A stretch of DNA of 64,000 nucleotides, from the NCBI GenBank assembly GCA_001872625.1, contig MNXP01000008.1, positions 38,269-102,268 of the forward strand, read 5' to 3'. This DNA comes from Bacteroidetes bacterium CG2_30_33_31. GTDB taxonomy: Bacteria; Bacteroidota; Bacteroidia; Bacteroidales; UBA1556. Positions within the stretch are counted from its first letter, which is position 1; every line of letters starts with the position of its first letter. Shown here one piece after another: positions 8,964 to 19,017 of the stretch. Position numbers and translations under genes: made by a program. The notes beneath the pieces are model-generated. The model had not been told where the DNA came from. It searched no databases and saw nothing but the letters and a program-made list of their open reading frames with translations.

Positions 8964-11900
8964 ATGAAAAAAAATTACACAAAAAAACATTCTACTTTTG
9001 GTAAAGAGAAGAACCAGTTAAATATAAAGAAAAATCAAATTTCCAGCGCAAGTTTTATCATTAAAATATTAATCATTATTTTATTAATGTTCTCAATTAA
9101 ATTTGAGTTATTAGCAGATGAAGAGTATGAAGCAACGACCATAACCAGCAATGCAACAGGTGGAAATTGGAAGAATGGAAGCACTTGGGTTGGAGGTGTT
9201 GTGCCATCTTCAAGCGACTATGTAGTTATTGCCACCACTGGATTAAACTCTGTGTTTACCTCAAAAAGTTCGTATTGCGCAACCTTAACCATTAATTCTG
9301 GCGCCATTCTTACTATTAAAAGAGCTTTTACTGTAAGTGGAGCAACTTCCATTTCAGGAAGAATAAATTTCGGATCAACGAGTACAACCATTCGTGCAAT
9401 CAAATTTAGTGGAAGTGTAACCCTCAATAGCGGAGCAATTTGGGATGAAACAAATGCTGGAGCCAATAGTGTTGTCAATAATTACACTATTGCCGGTAAC
9501 TTTACTAATAATGCATCAACATTTACGGTTTTAACAGGCGTACATACTTTTAGTGGTTCATCAAAAACTATATCTGGAACTTATTCTACATCAATTCCTA
9601 AAGTTTCAATTACTGGCACAATCAACAATAGTGGAACATTTACGGTAGCAAATACACTTTATGGTTCAGGAACATTAACAAATGGAGCTACAGGAGTTTT
9701 AAACATTGGCGGAACTATTTCTGTTACTAATCTTGCTGCAAGCACTTCAGGAAATACAGTAAATTATTATGGCGGTGTTCAAACAGCCAAAGGTACAACT
9801 TATTACAATCTTACACTTTCAGGTTCTGGCACAAAAATCATTTCCTCAGTTACAGTAAATGGCACTTTATCAAGAGAGGGAACAGCCACAGTTTCTGCGG
9901 TTCCAACTTATGGTGCAGCAGCTTGTTTGCAATATCAAGGTAGCGCTGCTCAAACTACTGGTGTAGAATTTCCAGCAACTTGGTCTGGTTCTGGCGGTAT
10001 AAAAATAGAAAATGCAAATGGAGTTACTTTAGGCTCTGCAAAAAGCATAGGAGCAAACCCATTAACTATTGGTGGTACAATTAGTAATAGTATTTTCAAC
10101 GATGGCGGTTATCAGTTAACTGCAACAGGCACATTAAACCTTACTTCTGGTACATATAAATTGGGGCTTGCTGCCTCAGCTACCACTTTCCCAACTTTTT
10201 CTACCATCAACATTACCGCTGGCACAACTGTGGAATATGCTGCCACCACCACACAAACCATAAAAGGAATTTCTTATAGTAATCTCACAATAAGTGGTAG
10301 TGGAACTAATTCAAAAACAGCTGATGCTGATATTACAGTCGATGGAATATTAAACCTAAGTAGTGCCAATGCTTCAGCCACACAAGGCTGCCTAAGTATG
10401 AGCACTTTCACTTTGAATATGGGAGTCTCTGCCACCACTTCTGGCTCTGGCGATGTTACTGGAATTGTTAAACGCAACCATACTTTTGATAATAATGTTC
10501 AATATAGTTTTGGAAGCCAATATACAACTATAACCTTCTTAGGTATTGCATCTTCTAACAAACCGACATGGATTAGTTGTAAAATAAGCATCGGAAATGC
10601 ACCTTCATGGAAAAGTGCTGCCGTTAAAAGAGAATATACTTTTGCAAAAAGTGATATCGTCGGCACAGCAGATCAAATTGCTGCAAGTTTCAGATATCTC
10701 GATAGCGAGCTTAATTCAAATGATGAAACCAAGATTGTTCATTGGGATGACAATAATGGAGTGGAAGAACATGGAAAATCTAATAATGATGTTACAAATA
10801 ATTGGGTAGAATTATATGGAACAGCAATAACTTATTTGGCTCCAACAACTGCGCTGGATGATTTAAAATGGACATTAGCAAATTATGCTGCTGCGAAAAA
10901 CACTTGGGCTGGAAGTTCTACTGATTGGACTGCTGTCGGAAATTGGTCTTCTGGACACGCTCCTCTGAGTTCCGAAGAAGTTTTAATTCCATCTGGTAAA
11001 GCTTCTTATCCAGTTTTAGCAGCAAATGTTGAAGTTAAAACTTTTGAGATGGAATCTGGAGCCTCTCTTACTTCTGGCACATATAATATAACTGTAAATG
11101 GAAGTGGAGCTGCTTGGAGTAACTATGGGACATTTAGCCCTGGAACAGGCACTGTAAATTTTACCAATGGAGTGGTAACTAATATTGTTTCCATTGCCGG
11201 AACAACTGATTTCTATAATATTTCAATGAGTGCAAATACTTACGTGAAATTTGCCACTAATAGTCATATAAAGATTTCTGGTGCAGCTACGAGTTCTTCT
11301 GGATGCAAAGTTGACCTGCAATCTAACATTAACACAGTGGAATATAATGGGGCTTCGCAAAGCATTGAAAATCCGGTAGGGCCTTCGTCATCAGGATATT
11401 ATAATTTAATTATAAATAGCTCTGGAACAACCACTTTCCCTACAACCCTCGATGTTATAAACGATTTTACTTTAAATGGAGGAACCGCCTCTGCTGTAAC
11501 TACTGTAAACATTTCAGGAAATGTTTTGTTATCATCAGGAACTTTGACAGCAAATGCTTCAGCAATAAATGTTTTAGGTGATTGGACCAATGATGGTGCA
11601 ACTTTTACTTCTGGAACTTCTTCTGTAAACTTTAATAATACCAGCATTGCACAATCTATTAAAGGCACAGCTTCGAGCCAAACATTTAATAATCTCTCTG
11701 TGGCAAAATCATCAAAAACATTAAGCTGCGGTGGAAGTACAACGACATTAAATACTAAAAATCTTACAATAACTTCTGGCATTTTAGATATCGGAACGGC
11801 AGCCAGTTTAAATATCGGAGGCGATTTATCCAATAATGGAACTTTTACCACAAGCAATGGAACCATAACTTTTAATGGCACTTCTGCACAAGCCATCACA

Positions 11901-14900
11901 GGAGCAAATACTTTCAATAATCTAACAATTAATAATAGCAATGGCGTAACAGCCAATGCAAGTCAAACTGTTAATGGCGTACTTAATTTGCAAAGCGCCA
12001 ATGCTTCCACCACTCAAGGATGTCTAAAAATGGCCGATCCTTATGAACTGATAATGGGCTCCAATGCAACTACTTCGGGCACTGGCGATGTTACTGGAAT
12101 TGTAACACGCAACTCTTTCATAGCAAACACTCCATACAGTTTTGGCAACCAATATACTACATTAAATATGTCTGCGGGAGGAAGTTTACCTTCTTCGCTA
12201 AGTGCCAAAATTGAATTAACTTCTTCTGCGCTTTCATGGATGACCAATGGAATTAAAAGGCAATATAGTTTTGTTCAAACTGGAGGAACAAGTGGAACTT
12301 TAGTAACAATAAACTTACATTATTTGACTGATGAACTCTATGGAACTTCTAATGAAGGAGATTTAAATGTTTTTGATCGTGATGGCTCTGTTGGAGAAGA
12401 TCATGGAAATTCAAATTATAACACTACTTATAAATGGGTAAGTTTGAGTAATGAAATCCTTACATACCTTGCGCCAACTATTAGCGATTTTACCAGTAGA
12501 TATTGGTCTTTAGGAAAATCAACATTAAGTGGTAAAACTTGGGTTGGGGCAACTTCAACAGATTGGACAGTAGCCACAAATTGGAGTGGAAATTCTGTAC
12601 CAACTGCTACAGATAATGTTATAATTCCTGATGCTTCTACTACCGCTAACGACCCAATTTTGCCAGCTACCACTACAATTAATACTTTGAAAATTCAGTC
12701 TGGCGGTATTTTAAACGGTGGAACTGGAACTTCACTTTCCATTCAAGGGGCAACAAGTGCATGGGATAATCTTGAAGGCACTAATGGTTTTAATTGTGGT
12801 ACAAGCACAATAATATTTACAAATGCTGCCGCCACCATGTCCGACCCAACAAGTTTTTATAATGTAACCATTGCTGATGGTGCAACATTGAATCTTACAA
12901 CTAATAACACAATGAGAATTGCTGGTGTACTTTCGCTTTCTACAACAGGTATTTTAAACGCTGCTGGAAGCCAAAACACAGTGGAATATAATGGCACAGC
13001 TCAAACAGTTGTTTTACCAAATGCTGCAACTACAGGATATTATAACCTTATCTTAAGTGGAAGTGGAGCCAAAACATTACCTTCATTCCCTTTGGCAATT
13101 TATGGAAATATGGAAATTAACGGCACTGCCACTGTGAATGCTTATGACAACATTACCGTGTTAGGAAATCTTACACTTTCAAGTGGAACTACCTATAACG
13201 CTTCTTCATTTGAAACTAAAGTTGGAGGAAATTTTAACAATGGTGGAACCTTTAATGCAGGTACAGGAACTTTTACTTTTGATGGTGCTCCAGCACAAAC
13301 AATTAGCGGCACAACCACATTTAATAATTTAACCATTTCTGGCGCTGGAGGGGTAACATCTTCTAACGATTTAACAATAAATGGCATTTTAAATCTTGCT
13401 TCCGAAAACCCATCTGCCACAAAAGGCTCCTTGGAAATGACTATAAGTTATACTGATTACCCTGGTACATTAATCACAAATTATCTTAACTCCAATATTT
13501 TAAATATGGGAGCAACTGCAACCACCATAGGAATTGGCGATGTTACAGGGAAAGTAAAAAGAGCAACCATTGTTGCTAATACTCCATATACTTTTGGAAA
13601 TAAATACACTACACTTTCCCTTTCCACAGGTACTATGCCTACAGCTTTGGAAGTTTCTATTACCATTGGAAATACACCTGGAACATCAACTCCAAGCGAT
13701 GACATTATAAGAGACGCCATAAATAGAACTTATGAGATAGTGCCAACTGGCGGAAGTGGCAGCTATGTAACTGCAAATTTCCATTATTTACATTCCGAAT
13801 TAGCAAGTACTCTCAGCTCATATACAAATACTGAGTCATATTTGACAACTATGGATTATGATATAGATATAAATAATCATGGAGCCACATATTCAGATGA
13901 GCATGGTAGAGCAAACTATGATTATACCAATAATTATATTGGGCTTTCTGGGGTGCCTATTTCTTACTTTATTCAAATACCAACAACCCATGAATGGCGA
14001 ACAATTTTTACTTTGCGTGATTATAGTTCTAATTATGTAACATGGAATGGCTCAACTTCTTCTGACTGGAATTCAGCAGCAAATTGGGATCTATCACAAG
14101 GAGGCAACTCTGTGCCTACAAATACAAGCCATGTAGTAATTCCCGATGCTGGAACAACAGCATACGACCCTGTTTTGCCGTCTGGAACCACTACAATTAA
14201 CACTTTAAGTATTGAAAATGGAGGAGTATTTACCATGGGAAACAACATTTTGGTAATTCAGAATAGTTTCAGTGGTGGATGGGAAGATCAAAATCCATTG
14301 GGCAATGACCCTGGAACAAGTACTGTAACTTTTACATATCCTAATACTTCCTTGTCTGGCACATCTCGTTTCTATAATATGCAAATAGCTGATGGAGCTG
14401 ACGTTACAAATCAATTAGGAAGTATAGTTCAGGTATCAAATAGTATTTCTAAGACTGGCAGCGGTACTGGTAAATGGTATGCTGGAGTTTATAATTCAAC
14501 TGTAGAATATAATGGTAGTTCACAAACAATATTTACTCCCGACGATGCATATTACAATTTAATCTTAAGCGGTTCAGGAACCAAAACGTTGCCAGCAACT
14601 AATTTACCTATCAGAGGTAATCTGGAAATTAATGGAACTGCAGCGATAACTCATAACAATGGTACTGTTTCAATGACAGGATTAGAAGGCGACCAGTATA
14701 TTAGTGGAAACTCTCCAAGCTTTCATAATTTCATAATGAACAATACTTTTACAGGTGGCACAGTAATTTTAAATACTCCAATATCTGTGGATAATGTATT
14801 AACTCTTACCAACAATAATATAATTACTTCTACAGGTAATGAGTTAAATTTAGCAAGTGCTGGGACTGTAAGCGGTGGTAGTTCAGCAAGTTTTGTAGAT

Positions 14901-15872
14901 GGCCCAATGACAAAATTAGGAACAAGCGATTTTACATTTCCTATTGGAAATATTACAAAATACGCACGCATTGGTATTGCTGGTGCGACTGGCACTGGTT
15001 TTACTGCCCAATACTTCAATTCTCCAAACGCTAATAGCAATTCCACTCTCTCGGGAAACTTAACTAAAGTAAGTCAGATAGAATATTGGGATTTGCAACC
15101 TATAAGCTCTGGCACTATTACATCTGCTAAATTATATTTCGATGGTCAGTCGGAGAGTGGAATTACCGACCCTACTTTACTAAGAGTTGCACATTGGACT
15201 GGCGCATTATGGGAAGATTTGGGAATGAGTGCTTACGATGTAGATTTTGTAACATCTTCCTCTGGACCATCATCATTTAGTAATTATGCATTTACTATTG
15301 GTACATCAAATAATCAAACAAATCCACTTCCTATTCAACTTATTTCATTTGCCTCCGCATGCGAAAATAGCAGAAGTAAAATTGAATGGGAAACTGCCAG
15401 CGAAAGCAATATTGATTATTTTATTATTGAAAAAAGCTTCGACTTAATAAACTTTCAGAAATTAGAAATTGTAAAAGCTGCGGGTAATTCAAATACTTTA
15501 AGCTATTATTCAATATTTGATAATTCATTATCTAATGATGTGGTTTACTATAGGTTAACTCAAGTAGATTTGGATGGAAATTTTAACATTTTAAAGACGA
15601 TTATTCGCACATGCATAAATAAAACTTCTATTAATGTAAACCCAAATCCATTCACTAATAATTTTGTTGTTGGCATTAATTCCAATGGCAAAAGCAAGGC
15701 TGAAATAAAATTGTTTTCAATTGACGGTAGATTAGTATATTCCAAAACTGAAAACCTTGCTGATGAAGCTAATAACATAGTGATTGATGCAAGTACTTTT
15801 GCCAAAGGATTTTATACCCTCAAAATCTATATTGGAAACGAAAACAAGGTTATAAAAATTATTAAAAATTAG
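8964..15872 (+). CDS. Giant (2302 aa) modular beta-helix-like surface adhesin with T9SS C-terminal sorting domain
   Basis: Start moved from the track TTG at 8901 to the ATG at 8964 (MKKNYTKKHS...). Four repeated ~500-580 aa modules each open with W.G..S.DW....NW and contain TVEYNG..Q, YYNL.LSGSG.KT.P, GDVTG.V.R and YLAP. The C-terminus NVNPNPFTNNFVV...GFYTLKIYIGNENKVIKIIKN is a T9SS CTD. Confidence 0.85.
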   Translation: MKKNYTKKHSTFGKEKNQLNIKKNQISSASFIIKILIIILLMFSIKFELLADEEYEATTITSNATGGNWKNGSTWVGGVVPSSSDYVVIATTGLNSVFTSKSSYCATLTINSGAILTIKRAFTVSGATSISGRINFGSTSTTIRAIKFSGSVTLNSGAIWDETNAGANSVVNNYTIAGNFTNNASTFTVLTGVHTFSGSSKTISGTYSTSIPKVSITGTINNSGTFTVANTLYGSGTLTNGATGVLNIGGTISVTNLAASTSGNTVNYYGGVQTAKGTTYYNLTLSGSGTKIISSVTVNGTLSREGTATVSAVPTYGAAACLQYQGSAAQTTGVEFPATWSGSGGIKIENANGVTLGSAKSIGANPLTIGGTISNSIFNDGGYQLTATGTLNLTSGTYKLGLAASATTFPTFSTINITAGTTVEYAATTTQTIKGISYSNLTISGSGTNSKTADADITVDGILNLSSANASATQGCLSMSTFTLNMGVSATTSGSGDVTGIVKRNHTFDNNVQYSFGSQYTTITFLGIASSNKPTWISCKISIGNAPSWKSAAVKREYTFAKSDIVGTADQIAASFRYLDSELNSNDETKIVHWDDNNGVEEHGKSNNDVTNNWVELYGTAITYLAPTTALDDLKWTLANYAAAKNTWAGSSTDWTAVGNWSSGHAPLSSEEVLIPSGKASYPVLAANVEVKTFEMESGASLTSGTYNITVNGSGAAWSNYGTFSPGTGTVNFTNGVVTNIVSIAGTTDFYNISMSANTYVKFATNSHIKISGAATSSSGCKVDLQSNINTVEYNGASQSIENPVGPSSSGYYNLIINSSGTTTFPTTLDVINDFTLNGGTASAVTTVNISGNVLLSSGTLTANASAINVLGDWTNDGATFTSGTSSVNFNNTSIAQSIKGTASSQTFNNLSVAKSSKTLSCGGSTTTLNTKNLTITSGILDIGTAASLNIGGDLSNNGTFTTSNGTITFNGTSAQAITGANTFNNLTINNSNGVTANASQTVNGVLNLQSANASTTQGCLKMADPYELIMGSNATTSGTGDVTGIVTRNSFIANTPYSFGNQYTTLNMSAGGSLPSSLSAKIELTSSALSWMTNGIKRQYSFVQTGGTSGTLVTINLHYLTDELYGTSNEGDLNVFDRDGSVGEDHGNSNYNTTYKWVSLSNEILTYLAPTISDFTSRYWSLGKSTLSGKTWVGATSTDWTVATNWSGNSVPTATDNVIIPDASTTANDPILPATTTINTLKIQSGGILNGGTGTSLSIQGATSAWDNLEGTNGFNCGTSTIIFTNAAATMSDPTSFYNVTIADGATLNLTTNNTMRIAGVLSLSTTGILNAAGSQNTVEYNGTAQTVVLPNAATTGYYNLILSGSGAKTLPSFPLAIYGNMEINGTATVNAYDNITVLGNLTLSSGTTYNASSFETKVGGNFNNGGTFNAGTGTFTFDGAPAQTISGTTTFNNLTISGAGGVTSSNDLTINGILNLASENPSATKGSLEMTISYTDYPGTLITNYLNSNILNMGATATTIGIGDVTGKVKRATIVANTPYTFGNKYTTLSLSTGTMPTALEVSITIGNTPGTSTPSDDIIRDAINRTYEIVPTGGSGSYVTANFHYLHSELASTLSSYTNTESYLTTMDYDIDINNHGATYSDEHGRANYDYTNNYIGLSGVPISYFIQIPTTHEWRTIFTLRDYSSNYVTWNGSTSSDWNSAANWDLSQGGNSVPTNTSHVVIPDAGTTAYDPVLPSGTTTINTLSIENGGVFTMGNNILVIQNSFSGGWEDQNPLGNDPGTSTVTFTYPNTSLSGTSRFYNMQIADGADVTNQLGSIVQVSNSISKTGSGTGKWYAGVYNSTVEYNGSSQTIFTPDDAYYNLILSGSGTKTLPATNLPIRGNLEINGTAAITHNNGTVSMTGLEGDQYISGNSPSFHNFIMNNTFTGGTVILNTPISVDNVLTLTNNNIITSTGNELNLASAGTVSGGSSASFVDGPMTKLGTSDFTFPIGNITKYARIGIAGATGTGFTAQYFNSPNANSNSTLSGNLTKVSQIEYWDLQPISSGTITSAKLYFDGQSESGITDPTLLRVAHWTGALWEDLGMSAYDVDFVTSSSGPSSFSNYAFTIGTSNNQTNPLPIQLISFASACENSRSKIEWETASESNIDYFIIEKSFDLINFQKLEIVKAAGNSNTLSYYSIFDNSLSNDVVYYRLTQVDLDGNFNILKTIIRTCINKTSINVNPNPFTNNFVVGINSNGKSKAEIKLFSIDGRLVYSKTENLADEANNIVIDASTFAKGFYTLKIYIGNENKVIKIIKN

Positions 15873-15906
15873 GTTATAAAAATTATTTAAAACCATTTGA
15901 ATTGTG

Positions 15907-15941
15907 ATGGCGGCGGGCTAAAGCCCGCCGCCATTTTTTTT
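15907..15941 (+). terminator. Rho-independent terminator of the giant adhesin gene
   Basis: Perfect 12-bp GC-rich stem ATGGCGGCGGGC / GCCCGCCGCCAT with loop TAAA, followed by T8. Confidence 0.85.
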
Positions 15942-16021
15942 GTAAGATTCTTATGTTATATGTTATATTATATTTTTGATATATATAATTAAATATACAT
16001 ATATTTGCAATTCAAATACAA

Positions 16022-16501
16022 ACTATAACTATTATTTCAAATAATATTTTTGTAAATGCAAGTACATTTAGTGGTTTTTCGAGTAGCACAATTACAAACA
16101 ATATTTTCTATTATCCCAATATTTCTGGAATAGAATATTCTAATTTTAGTAACAATATTGGTTTTGGGATATCCACAACTTTTGTACAAGGAACAAATAC
16201 TGGAGGAGGCAATATGACTGCAGATCCAAAATTTGTTAATAAATATACAGGAAATTCTTATAATGACTTAGATAATTATAATCTACAAGCAAGTTCACCT
16301 GGTAAAAATGCTGGTACTGATGGAACAGATATTGGGATTTTTGGTGGCCAATATCCATTTCCCAAGAGCGTTTAGGCAAGTTATGTACATTGCGTTACTC
16401 CCGTAATACCAGTAGTTAGAGATTTAATAATTCAAAATTCTTCAGTGCCTGCAAATGGCACATTAAATTTTTCAGTAAAAGCTTATAAAACAACTAAATA
16501 A
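16022..16501 (+). pseudogene. Remnant of a parallel beta-helix secreted protein: no N-terminus or start codon, in-frame TAG at 16373-16375
   Basis: The frame reads ...ITNNIFYYPNISGIEYSNFSNNIGFG...ADPKFVNKYTGNSYNDLDNYNLQASSPGKNAGTDGTDIGIFGG.YPFPKSV*ASYVHCVTPVIPVVRDLIIQNSSVPANGTLNFSVKAYKTTK. This is the typical C-terminal end of right-handed beta-helix proteins. The only Met would give fewer than 60 aa. Confidence 0.55.
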
Positions 16502-16543
16502 CCAATAGGTTTTTTATTTTTTTAAACTTTAAATACTGAAATC

Positions 16544-17560
16544 ATGAAGAAATTATACATATTATTTGCACTTTGTTTTGGCTTTCTTGCCATGCAAGGG
16601 CAAAAATTGAAATCTACCGAATATTTCTTTGGCAATGATCCTGGCGTGGGAAATGCTATTCAAATTTCAATAAACTAGGGAGATACGCTAAATCAGGTTT
16701 TTGGTGTGCCTGTAAATTCCTTGGCTCAAGGATTTAATAGAATTTCCTTCAGGGTAAAAGATTCTGTTGGCGTTTGGAGTCAAATTCAAACTAAAATATT
16801 TTATAAATTACCCCTCCTTAACTTGGTAAGCTCAACTCCAAAAGTAAAGAGAATAGAATACTTTTTTGATACGGACCCTGGTGTGGGCAATGGAACTCCA
16901 TTTTCTATAAACCAATCAGACACAATAAATCAAATATTAAACGCCTCAATGACCAGCTTAGATTCTGGTTTTCATTTTCTTTCTATAAGAGTGATGGACA
17001 GCATAAATGTATGGAGTATTGCATTAACCGATACTTTCAGAGTTTTAGGTTGCAACACTCCTTCAGCAAGTTTTTCTGGTTTACAATCTATCTGTCTTGG
17101 AGACACAATTCAATTGACAAATAATACTTCTGGTACCGACCAGTATATTAATTATCAATGGGATATGGATAATAATGGCGTTAATGAGTTTAGCTCTTTA
17201 GGCGACACATCATTTCTTTTTGCAGCAGCAGGCACTTATAAAATTAAGCTCACAGCTACTAATTCATCAATTTTCAGTTTCGGATGTGTAGATACATCGT
17301 ATTTAACTGTTGTAGTACATCCATTACCACAAGCCATAGTTACCGTTTACGGTTCTGGGACAATCTGTCCTGGTGGATATGTTAGCATGGGAGCTCCTAC
17401 AGGTTTGGGAAATACATACAAATGGATTAAAGATGGCGTTGGAATTCCAAATACCAATACTGCAGTTTATAATGCTTATGCCAATGGAAACTATGCAGTA
17501 AAAGTTACAAGAAAACGAATTGATTCCAAAATTTTGGGGTCAATTCGTGAACTTGTTTGA
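16544..17560 (+). pseudogene. Degraded T9SS-type adhesin gene (signal peptide, two EYFF..DPGVGN repeats, PKD and Ig-like domains) with in-frame TAG at 16676-16678 and a truncated 3' end lacking the sorting domain
   Basis: The ATG at 16544 gives MKKLYILFALCFGFLAMQGQKLKSTEYFFGNDPGVGNAIQISIN*GDTLNQVFGVPVNSLAQGF..., in frame with track ORF 16706..17560. The stop aligns with Q in the paralogous repeat (SINQSDTINQ). The protein ends abruptly after NGNYAVKVT with unrelated residues RKRIDSKILGSIRELV and has no CTD. Confidence 0.65.
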
Positions 17561-17794
17561 TTCAAGACTTCTCATGGTTGAAAATTTTAATTATTTCTGA
17601 ATACAAAAGCTATATAATAGTTCTCAAAAATTACTAAGTCAGGGAGAAGCTTCAAAATTAACACAAAGAATTTGCTCTCTTGATACCAATCACAAACAAA
17701 TATCTCATATAATCCATAAGCTGATAAAGGATATAATTAACATTGATTTAACATACAAATAAGTTTAATTTAATGAAAGATTTCTAAGCTGCTA

Positions 17795-17802
17795 TACTTT
17801 TG
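17795..17802 (+). promoter_or_regulatory. -7 box TAnnTTTG
   Basis: TACTTTTG lies 28 nt upstream of the ATG at 17830. Confidence 0.45.
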
Positions 17803-17829
17803 CTGCATAATTATTAAACCATATTTATT

Positions 17830-18195
17830 ATGAAAAGCTTAACTGTTGTCTTAGTATTTTTTCTTTCATTATCAAGTGTTTACGCTGGCAATATTTCTAA
17901 AAACAATCCTACAGTTGCCGAAAATACTGAAACCTCAAGTTTATCTGTTAGTGGCAAAGTTGTTGACCTGAATTCTGGTGAATCATTGGCCGGTGCTGAA
18001 GTAAAAATTGAGGGGCTTGACTTAGTTTCCTATACAGATTTGGATGGAAAATTTGAATTCAAAAATCTAAAATCTGGAAGTTATTCTATAATTGTTACTT
18101 ACATATCTTATAAAAATAGTCTTATTGAAAATTTCCCTTTGACCAACATTTCTAATAAAAATATTGAAGTGAAATTAATGCCTAAAAGCAATTAA
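17830..18195 (+). CDS. Small secreted stand-alone CarboxypepD_reg-like domain protein
   Basis: Signal peptide plus VSGKVVDLNSGESLAGAEVKIEGLDLVSYTDLDGKFEFKNLKSGSYSIIVTYISYK. This is paralogous to the N-terminal domain of the TonB-dependent receptor at 20809. Confidence 0.7.
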   Translation: MKSLTVVLVFFLSLSSVYAGNISKNNPTVAENTETSSLSVSGKVVDLNSGESLAGAEVKIEGLDLVSYTDLDGKFEFKNLKSGSYSIIVTYISYKNSLIENFPLTNISNKNIEVKLMPKSN

Positions 18196-18241
18196 TATTT
18201 TTGAGCAAATCAAAAAAAAACAAAAAGTAATTGCATATTTA

Positions 18242-18249
18242 TAAATTTG
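18242..18249 (+). promoter_or_regulatory. -7 box TAnnTTTG
   Basis: TAAATTTG overlaps the track TTG start at 18247 and lies 22 nt before the ATG at 18271, which favours the ATG start. Confidence 0.4.
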
Positions 18250-18270
18250 CAATTTATTTATCCAATAATT

Positions 18271-18735
18271 ATGGGAAAGATTGTCATAGTATTTTTATTT
18301 ATTTTCTGCAATGTAAATATTGAAGCTCAGCAAGTTGAACTGCAAAATGGGCTTTACTATAAAAAAGGCGCATTATATTCTGGAGTTTATAAAGAGTATT
18401 TTGATAGTACTTCTACTATTAAATCAATTCTTAGAATTAAAAATGGGATTCTCGACAGCATTGCTGTGTTTTACTTTGAAGATGGAAAAATTAAAGAACA
18501 GCAATCTTACAAAGAAGGTTTAAAAGATGGAGTTTGGATTATATGGAACAATCAAGGAATTAAAACTGCTGAGGCAAGATACACATTAGATAAAAAAAAT
18601 GGCTATTGGTATATTTGGGATGACAATGGAACCAAAAGATACGAAATGCATTTTAGCAATGGTGAAAAAGATAAGACTTGGTATATGTGGGATTCAGATG
18701 GCAAACTCACTATGGAAAGAAAATTTTCCGAATAA
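18271..18735 (+). CDS. Secreted MORN-variant repeat protein (family often auto-annotated as YwqK antitoxin)
   Basis: Signal peptide MGKIVIVFLFIFCNVNIEAQ followed by repeated G.Y..Y..G/DG.W..W..NG motifs (EDGKIKEQQSYKEGLKDGVWIIWNNQG, KKNGYWYIWDDNG, GEKDKTWYMWDSDG). Confidence 0.75.
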   Translation: MGKIVIVFLFIFCNVNIEAQQVELQNGLYYKKGALYSGVYKEYFDSTSTIKSILRIKNGILDSIAVFYFEDGKIKEQQSYKEGLKDGVWIIWNNQGIKTAEARYTLDKKNGYWYIWDDNGTKRYEMHFSNGEKDKTWYMWDSDGKLTMERKFSE

Positions 18736-18983
18736 TCTCAATTGATAATATGGCGCTTTTTCAACTATCTTGTAGTTGATTAATAAATCTAATCTTAGCC
18801 TAATTATTTTCAATAAAAACTAAATTCAGTCATACGCGATAATTAATCCAGATAATCTTCCTACACAAAAAAACTTCTAAAATAATTGAATATGAATTTT
18901 ATATAAAGAGTAGTTAACATAACTTTAATGGCAATTTAAAAATCAATTATTGTTGTCATAACACTAAAAAAAATAAGTAGAAA

Positions 18984-18991
18984 TACTTTTG
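18984..18991 (+). promoter_or_regulatory. -7 box TAnnTTTG
   Basis: TACTTTTG lies 27 nt upstream of the ATG at 19018. Confidence 0.45.
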
Positions 18992-19017
18992 CCGAATAAA
19001 TTAAACAATTAAATATT

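Noticed and set aside
9218-15805. Many minus-strand ORFs of 67-185 aa inside the giant adhesin gene (for example 11399..11956, 185 aa; 14723..15046, 107 aa)
   Set aside because: They are antisense shadow ORFs. The sense strand is a continuous 2302-codon frame with a clear repeat architecture and biased Thr/Ser/Gly/Asn codon usage, which keeps the opposite strand free of stops. Their translations are low-complexity Val/Pro/Leu strings with no start context or promoter box.
16373-16678. Two in-frame TAG codons as evidence for stop-codon reassignment or pyrrolysine-type recoding
   Set aside because: TAG clearly terminates many intact genes in the same window (ends at 6915, 15872, 20628, 30938, 49492, 54808 and the bS22-like ORF). 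The two affected genes also show other damage: one has a missing 5' end and the other a missing sorting domain. Ordinary nonsense mutations are the simpler explanation.
18271-18735. MORN-variant repeat protein as a YwqK-type antitoxin of a toxin-antitoxin or polymorphic-toxin system
   Set aside because: It has a signal peptide and there is no adjacent toxin-like gene. The neighbours are a small CarboxypepD_reg protein and a T9SS cargo protein, each with its own promoter box. The antitoxin label is a family-name artefact for these repeats.
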